Shown piece after piece: positions 1 through 10,597 of a stretch of DNA of 64,000 nucleotides. Source of the stretch: Takakia lepidozioides (lineage: Eukaryota > Plantae > Bryophyta); assembly GCA_030704615.1 (NCBI GenBank), contig CM060732.1:52204001-52268000 (forward strand), read 5' to 3'. Every line of letters begins with the position of its first letter. Position 1 is the first letter of the stretch. Both the position numbers and the translations under genes were made by a program. The notes below the pieces were generated by a model. That model was not told the DNA's origin and did not search any database. It saw only the letters and a program-made list of their open reading frames with translations.

Positions 1-1430
1 TATGAATTCATTCAAAACAGTATCTTCCCTGGCCAGGACTCGTCCAAGGTGTATTTGTTCAAGATGTCCACAATGGGCGAAGGCAGTGATGTGAGCATAG
101 TCCGCCGAATGCAACCTGGAGGAGATTTGGCTAAATGTTGGTTAATGTTTGATCACTGCAAACGGGTGAAGGGTTGGACAACCATGGCGTGCCATGTGTA
201 CGATCTAGCGTACCAGCGTGTGCTCTCCATAGCAATTTGTGATATGCAGTCCGAGGACACTGAATCCCAGATGCTCATGTGGAATTCGCTCCTAGCCGTC
301 ATGCAGCGCAATGGAATGCAGAACACAAATTTTGTGGGCTTCATGGCTGATAGTGCATAGGCAAATTTCAATGCAGTGCGGCACGTGTTTGGATTAGGGG
401 ATCCTAAGGTCCTAATGGAAAATAGGGAGTGCACATGCCTCTTCCATTGGGGTCAATCTCTGGCACGTCATACAAAGTGATGCATTCACCCTGACCCCCA
501 GTTGGAGCACAGAAGGCTCTGCCTCAAGTACAAAAATGCCACCTCAATGGGAGAAGCTGAGAGCACTTACAAAGCAATCCGGGCTTGGTGATTCTCCTCT
601 GGTGCTGCTACTGGTATCCACCTGAAGGAGTTGGAGGACTGGTTGGTTTTCTGGCACTTAAGGTACAAACAGTGGGGAGCTTTCATGACGACGGTAAACC
701 TCTTCAATCCTAGAAACATAAATTTCACTTTGCATCGTGCCTGTTCGTTTGGGGTTGTTGGGGAACCTTTTTCATTTCCTTTCGTTCCTCACATTTGCAT
801 GCAATGCCTCCTGCATGACATGTCCTTGGAGGACTTGGCCGACATGCCATCCTGTAATTTGGCGGAGACTGTTCACAACGCGTGGATGTAGCAGTCTACC
901 AAAGCAGGACGTGACTTGTATGTGGCCACTGTTGATGACATGGTGCGGGCACTTACACAACAAACCAGATACCGCAATTTTCTGATGGGACGGGGCGGAG
1001 GCAAGGGCCCTGATACAACTTTGTTGATGCTAAGGGCTGCGAGTAGGTCCGGAGACCCATCGAAGATAGCTAGAGCTCTGAACAGGTGCACTGAAGGCTC
1101 CCCTTTGCAATCCAGGGTCCCCCATTTGGAAGGCGAGGAAAGATTTGGATCATGCAAAAGGAAATTGAACACTCCTCCAGGGTCGGATGGAGATTCCCAT
1201 CGGCCGAACAGGGTCAATTTCTCTGTACCAAAGGTGTCTTCGGTGCAGACTAAGTCGTGTGCCCGCCCCTTCCCAAGTGGGTCCTCTTCCAGTGGAGCAG
1301 GTGCAGATCATGCAAGCACATCAGCAGGAATCCCATTGGAGGAGGTGGTGTCCTTGGTGCATGAATCTGATTGCATTGACAGTGAGTGGCATATAGAACG
1401 CACCCCACCAAGATCTAGAGTGGCTTGCAA
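1..1430 (+). mobile_element. Mutator-like (MULE-type DDE) transposase pseudogene, runs off the window start
   Basis: Reading through stops gives WLMFDHCKRVKGWTTMACHVYD...FMADSA*ANFNAVR...CTCLFHW (D, D and CxxH motifs), then CNLAETVHNAW (third acidic residue). In-frame stop at 358 and several more downstream. Confidence 0.7.
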
Positions 1431-1560
1431 CGACGCAATGGCGTGAGCCTTGCGCGTGAGTGCGCGAGCGTACGCTCACGCAGGAGTGACGTGGCGTGAG
1501 CGTGATATAAGCAGGCTGATGTGGCACTGCGCCGTCATCTGCCACATCAGCATGAACATG
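1430..1560. repeat. GC-rich GCGTGAGC repeats, palindrome and hairpin (probable transposon subterminal region)
   Basis: Near-palindrome gcgcgagcgtacgctcacgc at 1462-1481. Perfect 12-bp stem gctgatgtggca (1515-1526) / tgccacatcagc (1540-1551). Confidence 0.6.
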
Positions 1561-2059
1561 CGCCGCCTATAACCGAGGATGGTCCTATGACCGTGGGAAT
1601 AATGAAGGGAATCCTTGGCTGAATACAATCAAGACTACCATGAGGCCTACAATTGCAGCATCAACATTGTGCAATTATAAATGTTTGTTTCACTTTTATA
1701 ATTACAAGGGTTTGAAAATATCCTCACAAAGTGTGCGCCATAGAGGCTGCAACGGGAAGACCTTGCTCCCTCCCCAAATAACAATGAGAGTTAGGATCAT
1801 CTTCAAAAGATGGTTGCAATGCATAGCGACAGGAAGACATGTAGACTTCGAACGGTGCAACGATGAATGTGCTTTTAAAAGTTGCCACTCAGAGCTCACT
1901 CAGTATAGTTGGAAGGATAATGGAGGGATAAGGGACGCCATATCATTGCACCGCCGATGATGTTGCAAACGAATTGATTTGAATTGAATTTCCATGACAA
2001 TGTTGCAAATTGCACATTTCATAGCATGATCGTCCACATACCACATGGCATAGTTGATG

Positions 2060-2490
2060 CTACCTATGTGTTGTATCCCGCTGCAATAGAATATCGACCT
2101 CGTTGAAACTCAAAGTGGCCTGGTGAACGAAGTTGTCACGTTTGGGATCGCAAACCATCCTCTTCAAAAATATGAAATACAAATGTTTGCAGGGTATGAA
2201 TTTACCTCTCTTGCCCAAACTGGTTGATAGCATATTCACAAAATCAGGACATGTGCAATTGGGAAAATTGGAAACCGTGATGTCGTAGGCCCTGTTATGA
2301 ACAACAGATGTCGAAGTAATCATTGTGTACACCCGACCATATCCTGGATCGGGCACTTCCGTGGTGCTTGCAACACGAGCTTGGAGCATTCTTGCGGACT
2401 CCACTTTGCTGAAGTGTTCAGCGGTTGGAGGGAAACGCCGAATCAGCTTTCCATCTCGCCACCAGGCTCACGCCGAGGCATCCCTTAGTG
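2060..2490 (-). mobile_element. SWIM zinc-finger C-terminus of a Mutator-like transposase paralog, inverted
   Basis: FPNCTCPDF...IPCKHLYFIF matches the CxC-xn-CxH SWIM finger. Clearly homologous to the 2900-3090 (+) peptide. Confidence 0.75.
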
Positions 2491-2509
2491 GCTTGCATGG
2501 CAATTTGGA

Positions 2510-3090
2510 CCCCCTCTTTCAAGAAATGCAAATCAAAAATATGCAAAGGCTCCAGGGGGACTCCAAGGTTGTTCCGACCTTATCATAGTGGGGAGTCAAA
2601 GGAATACAAGTTCTGGTTCTGCCCAGACGATATGGCACGATACGTCAACGGAATAGTTCGTCCTTCGGTGATAATGAAGCCCCATCCCCCCGCAATTTGG
2701 CCTATAAAACTTGGGACGTCGATGTCATCAACCGAGATAAGCATGCTGGAGGAGGGATGGTTCCGTCTTGCACGGTCCCGGGTGGTGCCCTCATGCACTG
2801 TGGGCACAGATGTGCCACATGCTCCGGCAATGCCTCCACCCGGTGCCGACTCCCACCCAACAAAAAGAGATGGAAAAACAGTGCGCTGTGTCGCTTCGGG
2901 TGCAGATCACGACTGCAAGATGGAATCGACTAGAATTTTGCAGGCTCGGGTGACTCGTATCACCGAAGTCCCTGCCCCAGGGTATGGACAGATTTACACA
3001 GTGTTGTCTATTGGCTCAGTTCTTCATGGCAAAGAATATCAGGTTACCGTGGGGAATTTCCCTACGTGCACTTGTCCGGATTATCTTTGA
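2510..3090 (+). mobile_element. C-terminal part of Mutator-like transposase with truncated SWIM finger
   Basis: KKCKSKIC...FWFCPDD...MESTRILQARVTRITEVPAPGYG...GNFPTCTCPDYL*. Probably continues the gene at 1-1430. Confidence 0.65.
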
Positions 3091-4243
3091 ACACATACGA
3101 GCCATGCCCGCTTCCCATGCTGGTTTCCAGATTATCGTGTGAAGACTTTGCATTTAGGACAAACACATACATTTCGTTCACGGAACCAGGGCAAATGCAC
3201 ATGCCATTCATTGTAAGCGTCTATCTGTGAATTGAAATAAAGTGTGTCAATCATTCTGAGCTCAAATCTGCCATATTTTCATATTCATCTTTTTGTGCAG
3301 GCATTGCAGACATGGTGCATGGTGGCCCCCTTTGTTTTGTCCACGGTAATAGGCCCTCTTCCTGCAATCCTCGCCTATAGGACCTGCTTCTCCAGCAGAT
3401 TTGTGCCACTCACGCTTTGCAGCTACAATGTGAGCTCAGCTCCCAGGCTCACGGGGCTGGGCTCATGCCGTAGCTACGCTGGTTACGGAAGCTCAGGTAG
3501 TCCAATTCTGGTACGGGATATTGGATGAGGAGCTGAGGAGAAGGGTGCGGGATGCAACTCTCCTACAAGCGGCCCAACCCACCTTAGCAAATACGTTTTT
3601 GCTGGCAGAGCGAATAGAGCTCAATATGGTGAAGGAACGAGTGGTCATGGTGGGATTTGCTAAGGAGGCACCACGGGGTATTGGTGCTCCTAGCCAGCCA
3701 CTACCTCAACGTGCTCAAGGCAACAAACAGGCTCAGGTGAAGCCCAGGGAAGGACAGAGAGGACCTCAGATGCAGGGGTTTGTCCCTTCATTTGCTGGCC
3801 AACAACGGGCGGATGTGATATGCTGGACATGTGGAGGACCCCATGTCAAGAAGGATTGCCTAGAGGGAGGCAATGGTATGGCACTGGCACAGCCTGCTCA
3901 CTTGCAGTGTGGGCATTGTGGCAAGTACGGGCATGGAGAAGCCCAGTGCTGTGGTTTGCATCCTAAGTTGCGCCCAAGCCAGTTCCAAGGGAACAATGGT
4001 GGCCGGGGGCGAGGTGGAGCAGCCCAGAGAGGACGAGGTGGCCAGGCACGAGGTGCAGGCCAAGGGCAAGCTCAACATGGCCAAGGACGCGGAGGTTAGG
4101 GTGGTGACCAAGGCATGGCCAACCGGCTTCAGCAGCTAGAGCAGAGGCTCGCTGCCATGGCCACAGCTCAGGTGGTACCGGCTCCAAGGCCAGATGGTCC
4201 ACCTCCTGCTCCTGAGGGAGGAGATATGGAAGAAATGGGATTC

Positions 4244-4401
4244 ATGTGTGGGGCAACACTACCATTAATGAGGGGTGCCACTATCACTACCACTATGGGT
4301 GGGGCACCACTACCACTAGTGAGGGGTGCCACTACCATTACCACTGTGGGTGGGGCACCACTACCATTACCACTATGTGCGGGGCAGGACTACCACTAGT
4401 G
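4244..4401 (+). repeat. Imperfect tandem expansion (51-bp and shorter units) inside gag-pol
   Basis: Repeated ggggcaccactacca...gaggggtgccactaccattaccact units. The first atgtgtggggca (4244) and last atgtgcggggca (4375) are 131 bp apart. Confidence 0.85.
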
Positions 4402-5670
4402 CAAGTGGAGTCAGCTACGGCAGTGACTCGAGGAGCAGCACGAGTTCCTAAGCCACGGGGTGCGGAGGTGGAGTTGGATCCACAGCGTGGGGAAGCAAGC
4501 CGTCAGGCCAGGCTTCCTCAATCATTCACATTGGCGAAGACAGTGTCGATGCCATCCATGGCACCTAGTTCTTGCCCGACTGTTACCGAGGCGGAGGTTA
4601 CTATGCCATTAGGAAGAGCTACAAGGGCAACACCACTACCTAGTCTTGCCAAGGCTACGGTAGCTAGTGTGCTGCTGGGGGCGGCCACATCTGTGTGCCA
4701 GGCTCCATTGTTCTCGGCTACCATGATTGCGACGCCGGGGATAAGACCAGCCGAGGTATTTAGGCTGGCAGCTACACTATGTGAGAATAGGGAGGTTACT
4801 TCATCTTCTGCGAAGATAGTGGGAGGTATAGTGCCGGAGGGATCCTCGGATGTGAGGGTCAAGACTGCCACGACAGCTCCATGGCAAGCTGCAGCTGCCA
4901 GGTTGATGGAATTGCCAGCTAGGCCAGCCATTGAGTGCACCATGGTGACACCTGGAGTTATCATGTTAGACAACCAGGATGACATTTTCTGTTTGAGTGG
5001 ACCGGCAGGCAAGAGGTACCGGCCAATGTGAGTCTTGTTGGACTCGGGAGCTCAGCCATTGATGCTGGATAGAGCTGCTATTGCAAGCTTGGGCCTTACG
5101 CAGGCGGATATGGAGCCGTGCCCTTTCCAGATACAAACATCTCTGGGAGGATCAGAGCAGGCTCGGGGCATGACACGGCGTGACTTGACTATCAGACTAA
5201 AGCCGGATCATCCTACATATGGCTCAGTGATGAGAGCCAATGCCATTGTGACAGACGCGGTCTCGTATGATGTCCTTATTGGTGGGGCAGTATTGTACCA
5301 GCTCCCTATGACATTCATAGGAGGACTTGCGGTTGCCCAACGAGGCAAGATGGCGACACTGGCAGCATTCATAGCTGTTGTGACTTGGCCTGGAGAGTTG
5401 TTGGATGACAATACTCATTTAGAGGATGTGTCACCTCCGGGAGAGCACGATGACATGTATAGTATGGCAGAGTTGCCTGCCATGGTTGCTCACATTCCAT
5501 TGTGGGGTTCGAGCAAGGATTTGCAGCGGGTTGCTGATTGGCGGGTGCAACAAGCCTGGCTAGAGGCTTTTGTACCGTCAGGAGAGGAGGACACTGTGGG
5601 GATTGCACCAGGACCACCTCAGTTGTCACCATTGGACACCACACCGATCGTGTGGCAGTGTCCGGATGAA

Positions 5671-6640
5671 GGCATTTGCCTTCTGGACTAGTTTGGCGGG
5701 ATCAGCACCGGGTTGGCTGCTGTTCTATAGGGAGGTGTACGAGTTCGGCGTTACCTATATGTAGAGAGGGATGAGACTGCATGACGTGTCTCACTCCGTC
5801 ATGTTGCTCAGTTGGTGCAACAGTACCCTGAGTTGTTGCCGGTGTTTGCAGTTCGTGGATATCAGCAGGCCTTGCCAGCAGACATTTCGTCGCTGGGGGC
5901 GCAGGATTTGGAGCAGGTTGGCTCCATTGATTTGGTAGTGGCAGGTTGGTCCTGCCAAAGGCATTCATCAGCCGGGCATGGCAATGGATTGCGAGACTCG
6001 AGGTCGGGTCTGTTTTGGGAGATGGTGCGGGTTTTGCGTCACTTACAGCTTCATCAAACTGTATCTCCAACATACATCTTGGAGAATGTGCCACTGATGG
6101 GCGATTCTCGGGCTAGGGTGATGGCCAGTGTGCATCAAGTCCGGTCGTGGCTTGGGTCAGCAGTATTGCTGGATGCAGCTGCAGTGGGGTCACGGGCTCA
6201 TCGTCCACGGTTATGGTGGACTAACTTGATGCCACCCGCACTGTTCAAGTGTGCATTTGATGGGGTGCAGCGGCCAGCATACCTTACAGTGGATAACATT
6301 TTGGACACAAGGAGGCAGTCTCAACGTGTGAGACACGATGACCGTTCGCCTTTGGCAGTGGTCAACAAGGTGGGTCAACCACAAGCAACACTACCTACAC
6401 TACTCAGCTTCCCAGGATCACACGCTTTCCGGGATAGTATACCTGGCCTCCTGTGGGATGCTCAGTTACAGCAGTTAGTGGAGCCTAATGCCGACGAGCG
6501 AGAGCGGGCTATGGGTTTTTCCATTGGGACCACAGCGGTGCCTTCTTTTTCTGAGGCATCACGTCGTCAGGTGTTGGGGCAAGCGATGGATCTCAATTGC
6601 TTGACCTCGATTATCAGCTTGGCTATGGCTGAGCAATGTA
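5671..6640 (+). pseudogene. DNMT3-like C5 cytosine DNA methyltransferase domain (retroelement-encoded)
   Basis: Motif I LLD*FGGISTG, motif II YVERD, DLVVAGWSCQ (motif IV, Cys at 5953), SGLFWE, ILENV (motif VI, 6082), AHRPRLWWTN (motif VIII), ERERAMGF (IX), RRQVLGQAMD (X). Stops at 5689, 5728 and 5782. Confidence 0.88.
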
Positions 6641-6959
6641 GAGTGCGGAGTGCACTTCCTTTGACGGTCTCTCTGCCTACCGAGACGGTACAAGCAGTGA
6701 GTGGGGGCGAGCTGGTGAGGACCACGGGGTGTAGACATCCATGGCCACGTGGGAGGTGCACAAGGTTCAGAGGGAGTTGGCAGCCAAGGCGGCTGTGATG
6801 GATGAGGTTGGGGATTCTTCTCGGGTCGAGGAGGTCCTCAATGATGAGATGATGGGGCAGGATGAAGCATTGTCATTGACTGAGCAGGCAGGGAGTACTG
6901 CTCATGAGGGAGGTTTACTATTTCATGAGCCCATGAGCTCATGAGCCCATGAGCGTGCA

Positions 6960-7176
6960 TCCACGGAATTAGAAATTATCTGCCGTTATTGACGGTAATA
7001 GGGCATATATCCATGGTAATAGGCATTGTTTCTGAACCCCGGGGACGTGGCTAGGACTATTGCGGCGCCGTTATTCACATTTAGGGTTTGGAAAAAGAAT
7101 TAAAAATGGCAGGAGATGGGTTAATCACGGTGCCGTAATACCAGCTTCGTGCTTCTCGAAAAATTTCTTGGTAGTG
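6960..7176. mobile_element. CACTA/EnSpm-type right terminus with subterminal repeats
   Basis: aaaaatttcttggtagtg ends at 7176, and its reverse complement CACTACCAAGAAATTTTT resembles the plant CACTA TIR. Upstream are repeated gccgttatt / acggtaat / gccgtaata motifs. Confidence 0.55.
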
Positions 7177-7925
7177 ATGACTTGAGACCAGCCTATTGCT
7201 GCGACGTTTTTTTTGTTTGTGGTCACCCAAAATTATAAAGTAAAGTCTGACATTGGCTTATTGCAACACTATTATATCATTTGTAAAGGTCTTGTTGTTC
7301 CCAACACCTTATACTAGCCTATTGTTGTGTCATTTTTCTGTCAAAGATAAGAGGTCCCATCACATAATATAGTTGAATTGGCTTTTTTTAAAGACTAAAT
7401 AAATCCCACACTGACTGAAGAGAGGTTAGGAAATTGCCATTCACTCTCCACCTAAGCTTGCAAAGTGTCATCCTCATCGCCGTCACTTTCAGACGCGGAC
7501 AGAGCGATAAACTTGAGTACTTTGGCCTTGACAATTCATGTATTGGGCCTCCCTCAATTGTATTCTCTCATTTCTTGCAGCTAGTAATTGCTCTACCCGA
7601 TTAGGCCTCTCTGCCCTCCTAATGGATCTCTAGCAGCCGTGTTTGCATACAATGGGAGAAGAAATAAGAACGGGAGGAGGAGACCGAAGTTGAGGAGGCT
7701 CAAGTACAAGAGAAGCCGCTTCCCCCAATGCATGTATTTGAGTGAGTTGCACCATTGTAAGTGTGTTGGGTTCAATTATAGTGACATCCATGTTTGACCA
7801 TTATAAACCCTAAATGTTTGTTGACATATGACAATATTTACATACTACCATGTTACAGCCTTGCAGACTCGTCCAATGAGGAGATGGTTGATGAAACAAA
7901 AACTGAAATATAATTTGCCAGAAGG

Positions 7926-8438
7926 TCATTTCTTGCAGTCCTCATCGTCCTCATGCTCCTCCTCTGCTGGCAACTGCTGCAGGCCCGCTACATGGGAGTC
8001 GTAGAAGGCTGTTTTTCCTTCAAATGCAAAGACATGCCGACTAGACTCGCGCCCGACTCAGTACATTGAAGCACCTATCCATGAGTCTAGTGATCAAGAA
8101 CAAATATGTCAATGGCAATCGTGAGTAGCCATAGTAAATCCATGAATATCTATATAGGACAATGGACTCTAATAACGATACCGCAATTACAAGAATCTCC
8201 TACTTGTGTTAGCTGCAATGTCCAACACCCTGCCTTCTATGCTTGAACATGTTTCCATCAGCATTTGAATGAAAGTGGGACTTCTTGTCTTCCCATGCCT
8301 CCAAGCCGTCCCCCCCATGTCCCATGGAATATTGCGTGGTAAGACATGGTTGAAGAGAATGTCATACTCTATAGGGTCCACTGTGGAATCAACCATACAA
8401 CCGTCTCCCCAGAATTCAATCATAGTGACAATGATCAC
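7926..8438 (-). pseudogene. Possible C-terminal remnant of a beta-class N4C/N6A DNA methyltransferase-like protein (two exons)
   Basis: Splicing 8204 to 8074 (GT..AG intron 8075-8203) gives RSPTFIQMLMETCSSIEGRVLDIAANTSASMY*VGRESSRHVFAFEG, resembling motifs X-I-II of amino-MTases. Similarity judged by eye only. Confidence 0.4.
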
Positions 8439-9325
8439 ACTGATATTACTTCACTACAGTAATATAAACATGTCCACTAAAATGTGCTGATGCATGCTTA
8501 CAGCTGTTTTGCTTCAATTCCTTCTACTACTTCGACGGCGGGACGAAGAAGATCCTAATCCTAATGCTCCTATGGGTTAAAAATCCGGGTCACCCTCGAC
8601 TTCACCACCGTTGCCATGATCAGTGCTGGAATCGTCCTCCCTATCCGACCTCATATGTCCAGGCTTTTGAATCTGCAAGTGACCTCGAACCACATTTAGT
8701 TCTCCCTGAGGTCGACTCCCACTCCGGTCTTCAATACCATCCATGGTATCTGGCCTGTTTGTGGGCCGATCGTCTACAAAAGGTTGGATTGTTCTCTGTC
8801 GTTTATGGACTTGGGACGCAATCGAAGGTGGTCTCGAAGGAGGTACCGGAGGGGGGCCTATCCGAGATGGACCGACATTAGATGGTCCGGCATGTGAGGA
8901 ACCACGGGTCTGCTGCGTAATACATCGGTTAAGGTGGAATTGTAGTGGCAGGTTGTCATCATCCGAGGCTTCAACTTCCGCCCGGTTCAATGCAGCAGAA
9001 TGATGCGTGCGTGTGAAAAACAGATCATCCCTGTTGCTCCTTTATTCTCGTTGTGTTGATGGGGAGTTGGATCGGTTTTGGCATTGTGGTGGAGCTGGTC
9101 GTATCGGTGAGGCATGATCCCATCCCGTCGACTGTACAATGGGTTCAATACCATCGTTTGTATGAACATGGTTGCGTACGTCGATCGGTCCTGGCAGTAC
9201 ATCACCCCTAAGCTCTATTGGGGCACTACCGATGGCTTCAGCGTGTGGTGGGGGGCGAGGGTCGACCCCAACTTCATTTTGAGAACCATGTTCTGGGGAT
9301 GACACAATTGCAGCTTCACCTTCAT

Positions 9326-10400
9326 CTACGATACGCACTTCTTCAATAAGGTCATCAAAGGTCGGCTGGATATAAACATCATCCTCTGTGAATGTAAACG
9401 GGTCATACGCATTTTCAGGAGCATCATCGGATCCATCTTCACTATCGGAGGCAGATGATTCCCTTGAGATGATTCTACCTGAGGCTCAGTATTGTCACTC
9501 ATCGAATCAGCCTCAGAAGCAGAGTCTTCGGAATGCAAATTCCTCTTATACCATGCTGCAGCATCATCCGCTGCCCTCTCACGTAGCAGTCGGCAATTGG
9601 TATACACATACATCAATTTGTCAGCCCTCGCGGGATTGAACCTGTTGCAAATCTTGTTGTGAACAAGTGAGTAACTGCTCCAATTGCGTTCGCAAGATGA
9701 GGCAGAGCACACTTGAGCAAGAATACCCTTCGCATTGGGAGCCAATGTTCTTGCTCCAGCTCCAATCAGATGCCACCATTCATGTGGCAACATATTGAGC
9801 TCATGGCGTCTTCTAGCAATCCCATGCGGAGATTATGATAAGTCGAAGGCACGTACGTGGATCTGGACTCCGACGTTGCTCTAACGGCAGAAACAAATGC
9901 CGGAAGCCTTATCACATAAAATGGTATGTTGGCCTCGAAGAAAAACTGCGCCCATTTTTTATCCAACTGTCTTTTCGTAGACACGTTAAGACCTTCCTGC
10001 ATGGATTGCTGCCATAATCCTCTACTCCGTTGTGTAGGGGTACAAAGAGGTGTTGAAGCAGGTGTTGCTCCGGCATAACCCACTTGTCCAAGGACACCCG
10101 AAGCCTCACAAGAGTCGTCCTGGGTATTAATCGAGGCATCCTGACGGAAAAATGAAGTGTTCTGCTCAGATGTCATGTCCAGATCCAAAGACATTGGAAT
10201 ATTTCCTCCACACTGGGCAAAGTGGCTTTTTACCCGCATAGATGCTTTAGGGCATAAACCCACCCCGGCGTTCCTCACACCTTTATAGCCGAGGTGAGTG
10301 AGCAACCGATCCTTACGATAAGAAAGCTTTAACGAATCCCGAACATTGTCAGTGCCACTGGTAGTGTTGATTGCAACCTATGCCTCCTCTTGGGCTACAC
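9326..10400 (-). mobile_element. Internally deleted hAT transposase remnant
   Basis: N-terminal RLLTHLGY..C and LDKKWAQFFFEANIPF..PSTYHNLR region joins directly, near 9795, to the dimerisation domain PHEWW...ILAQVCSASSCERNWSSYSLVH...DKLMYVYTN. The catalytic core is missing. Confidence 0.85.
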
Positions 10401-10597
10401 TCTCGTTCAATGGAAGAGAATATCCAAAGCAACCTCAAGTATTTGCGCCAAAAGAAGTGAGGAGCTTGGTGACCCTCATCCCTTATATATGATCCAAGAG
10501 ATATGAAAGTGAAATGAAAGTGAAATGAATAAATGACGAACCAATAGCGCCCACCCAAAAAAGGCCGTACAACCATATTTGTTGTAATTTTGAAATT

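Larger units (their letters stand above)
3479..6920 (+). mobile_element. Truncated, pseudogenised LTR-type (probably Ty3/gypsy-like) retrotransposon polyprotein: gag - aspartic protease - C5 DNA methyltransferase
   Basis: Gag-like region with zinc knuckles CWTCGGPHVKKDC and CGHCGKYGHGEAQC plus an RGG tract. Protease motif VLLDSGAQ at ~5032-5055. DNMT motifs follow in the protease frame. No RT, integrase or LTR is visible. Confidence 0.8.

Noticed and set aside
5671-6798. Host DNMT3/DRM/CMT gene, or bacterial restriction-modification contamination
   Set aside because: Intronless, in frame with a retroviral-type protease, lacking host regulatory domains, carrying several stops, and embedded in plant TE debris contiguous with spliced plant genes.
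5812-6798. Active 328-aa methyltransferase ORF
   Set aside because: The open part lacks SAM-binding motif I, which lies upstream behind three stop codons, and motif IV reads SC rather than PC.
10356-10366. cactggtagtg as a CACTA/CACTG terminus for the palindrome array
   Set aside because: It lies inside the hAT coding remnant and lacks the A-rich TIR continuation.
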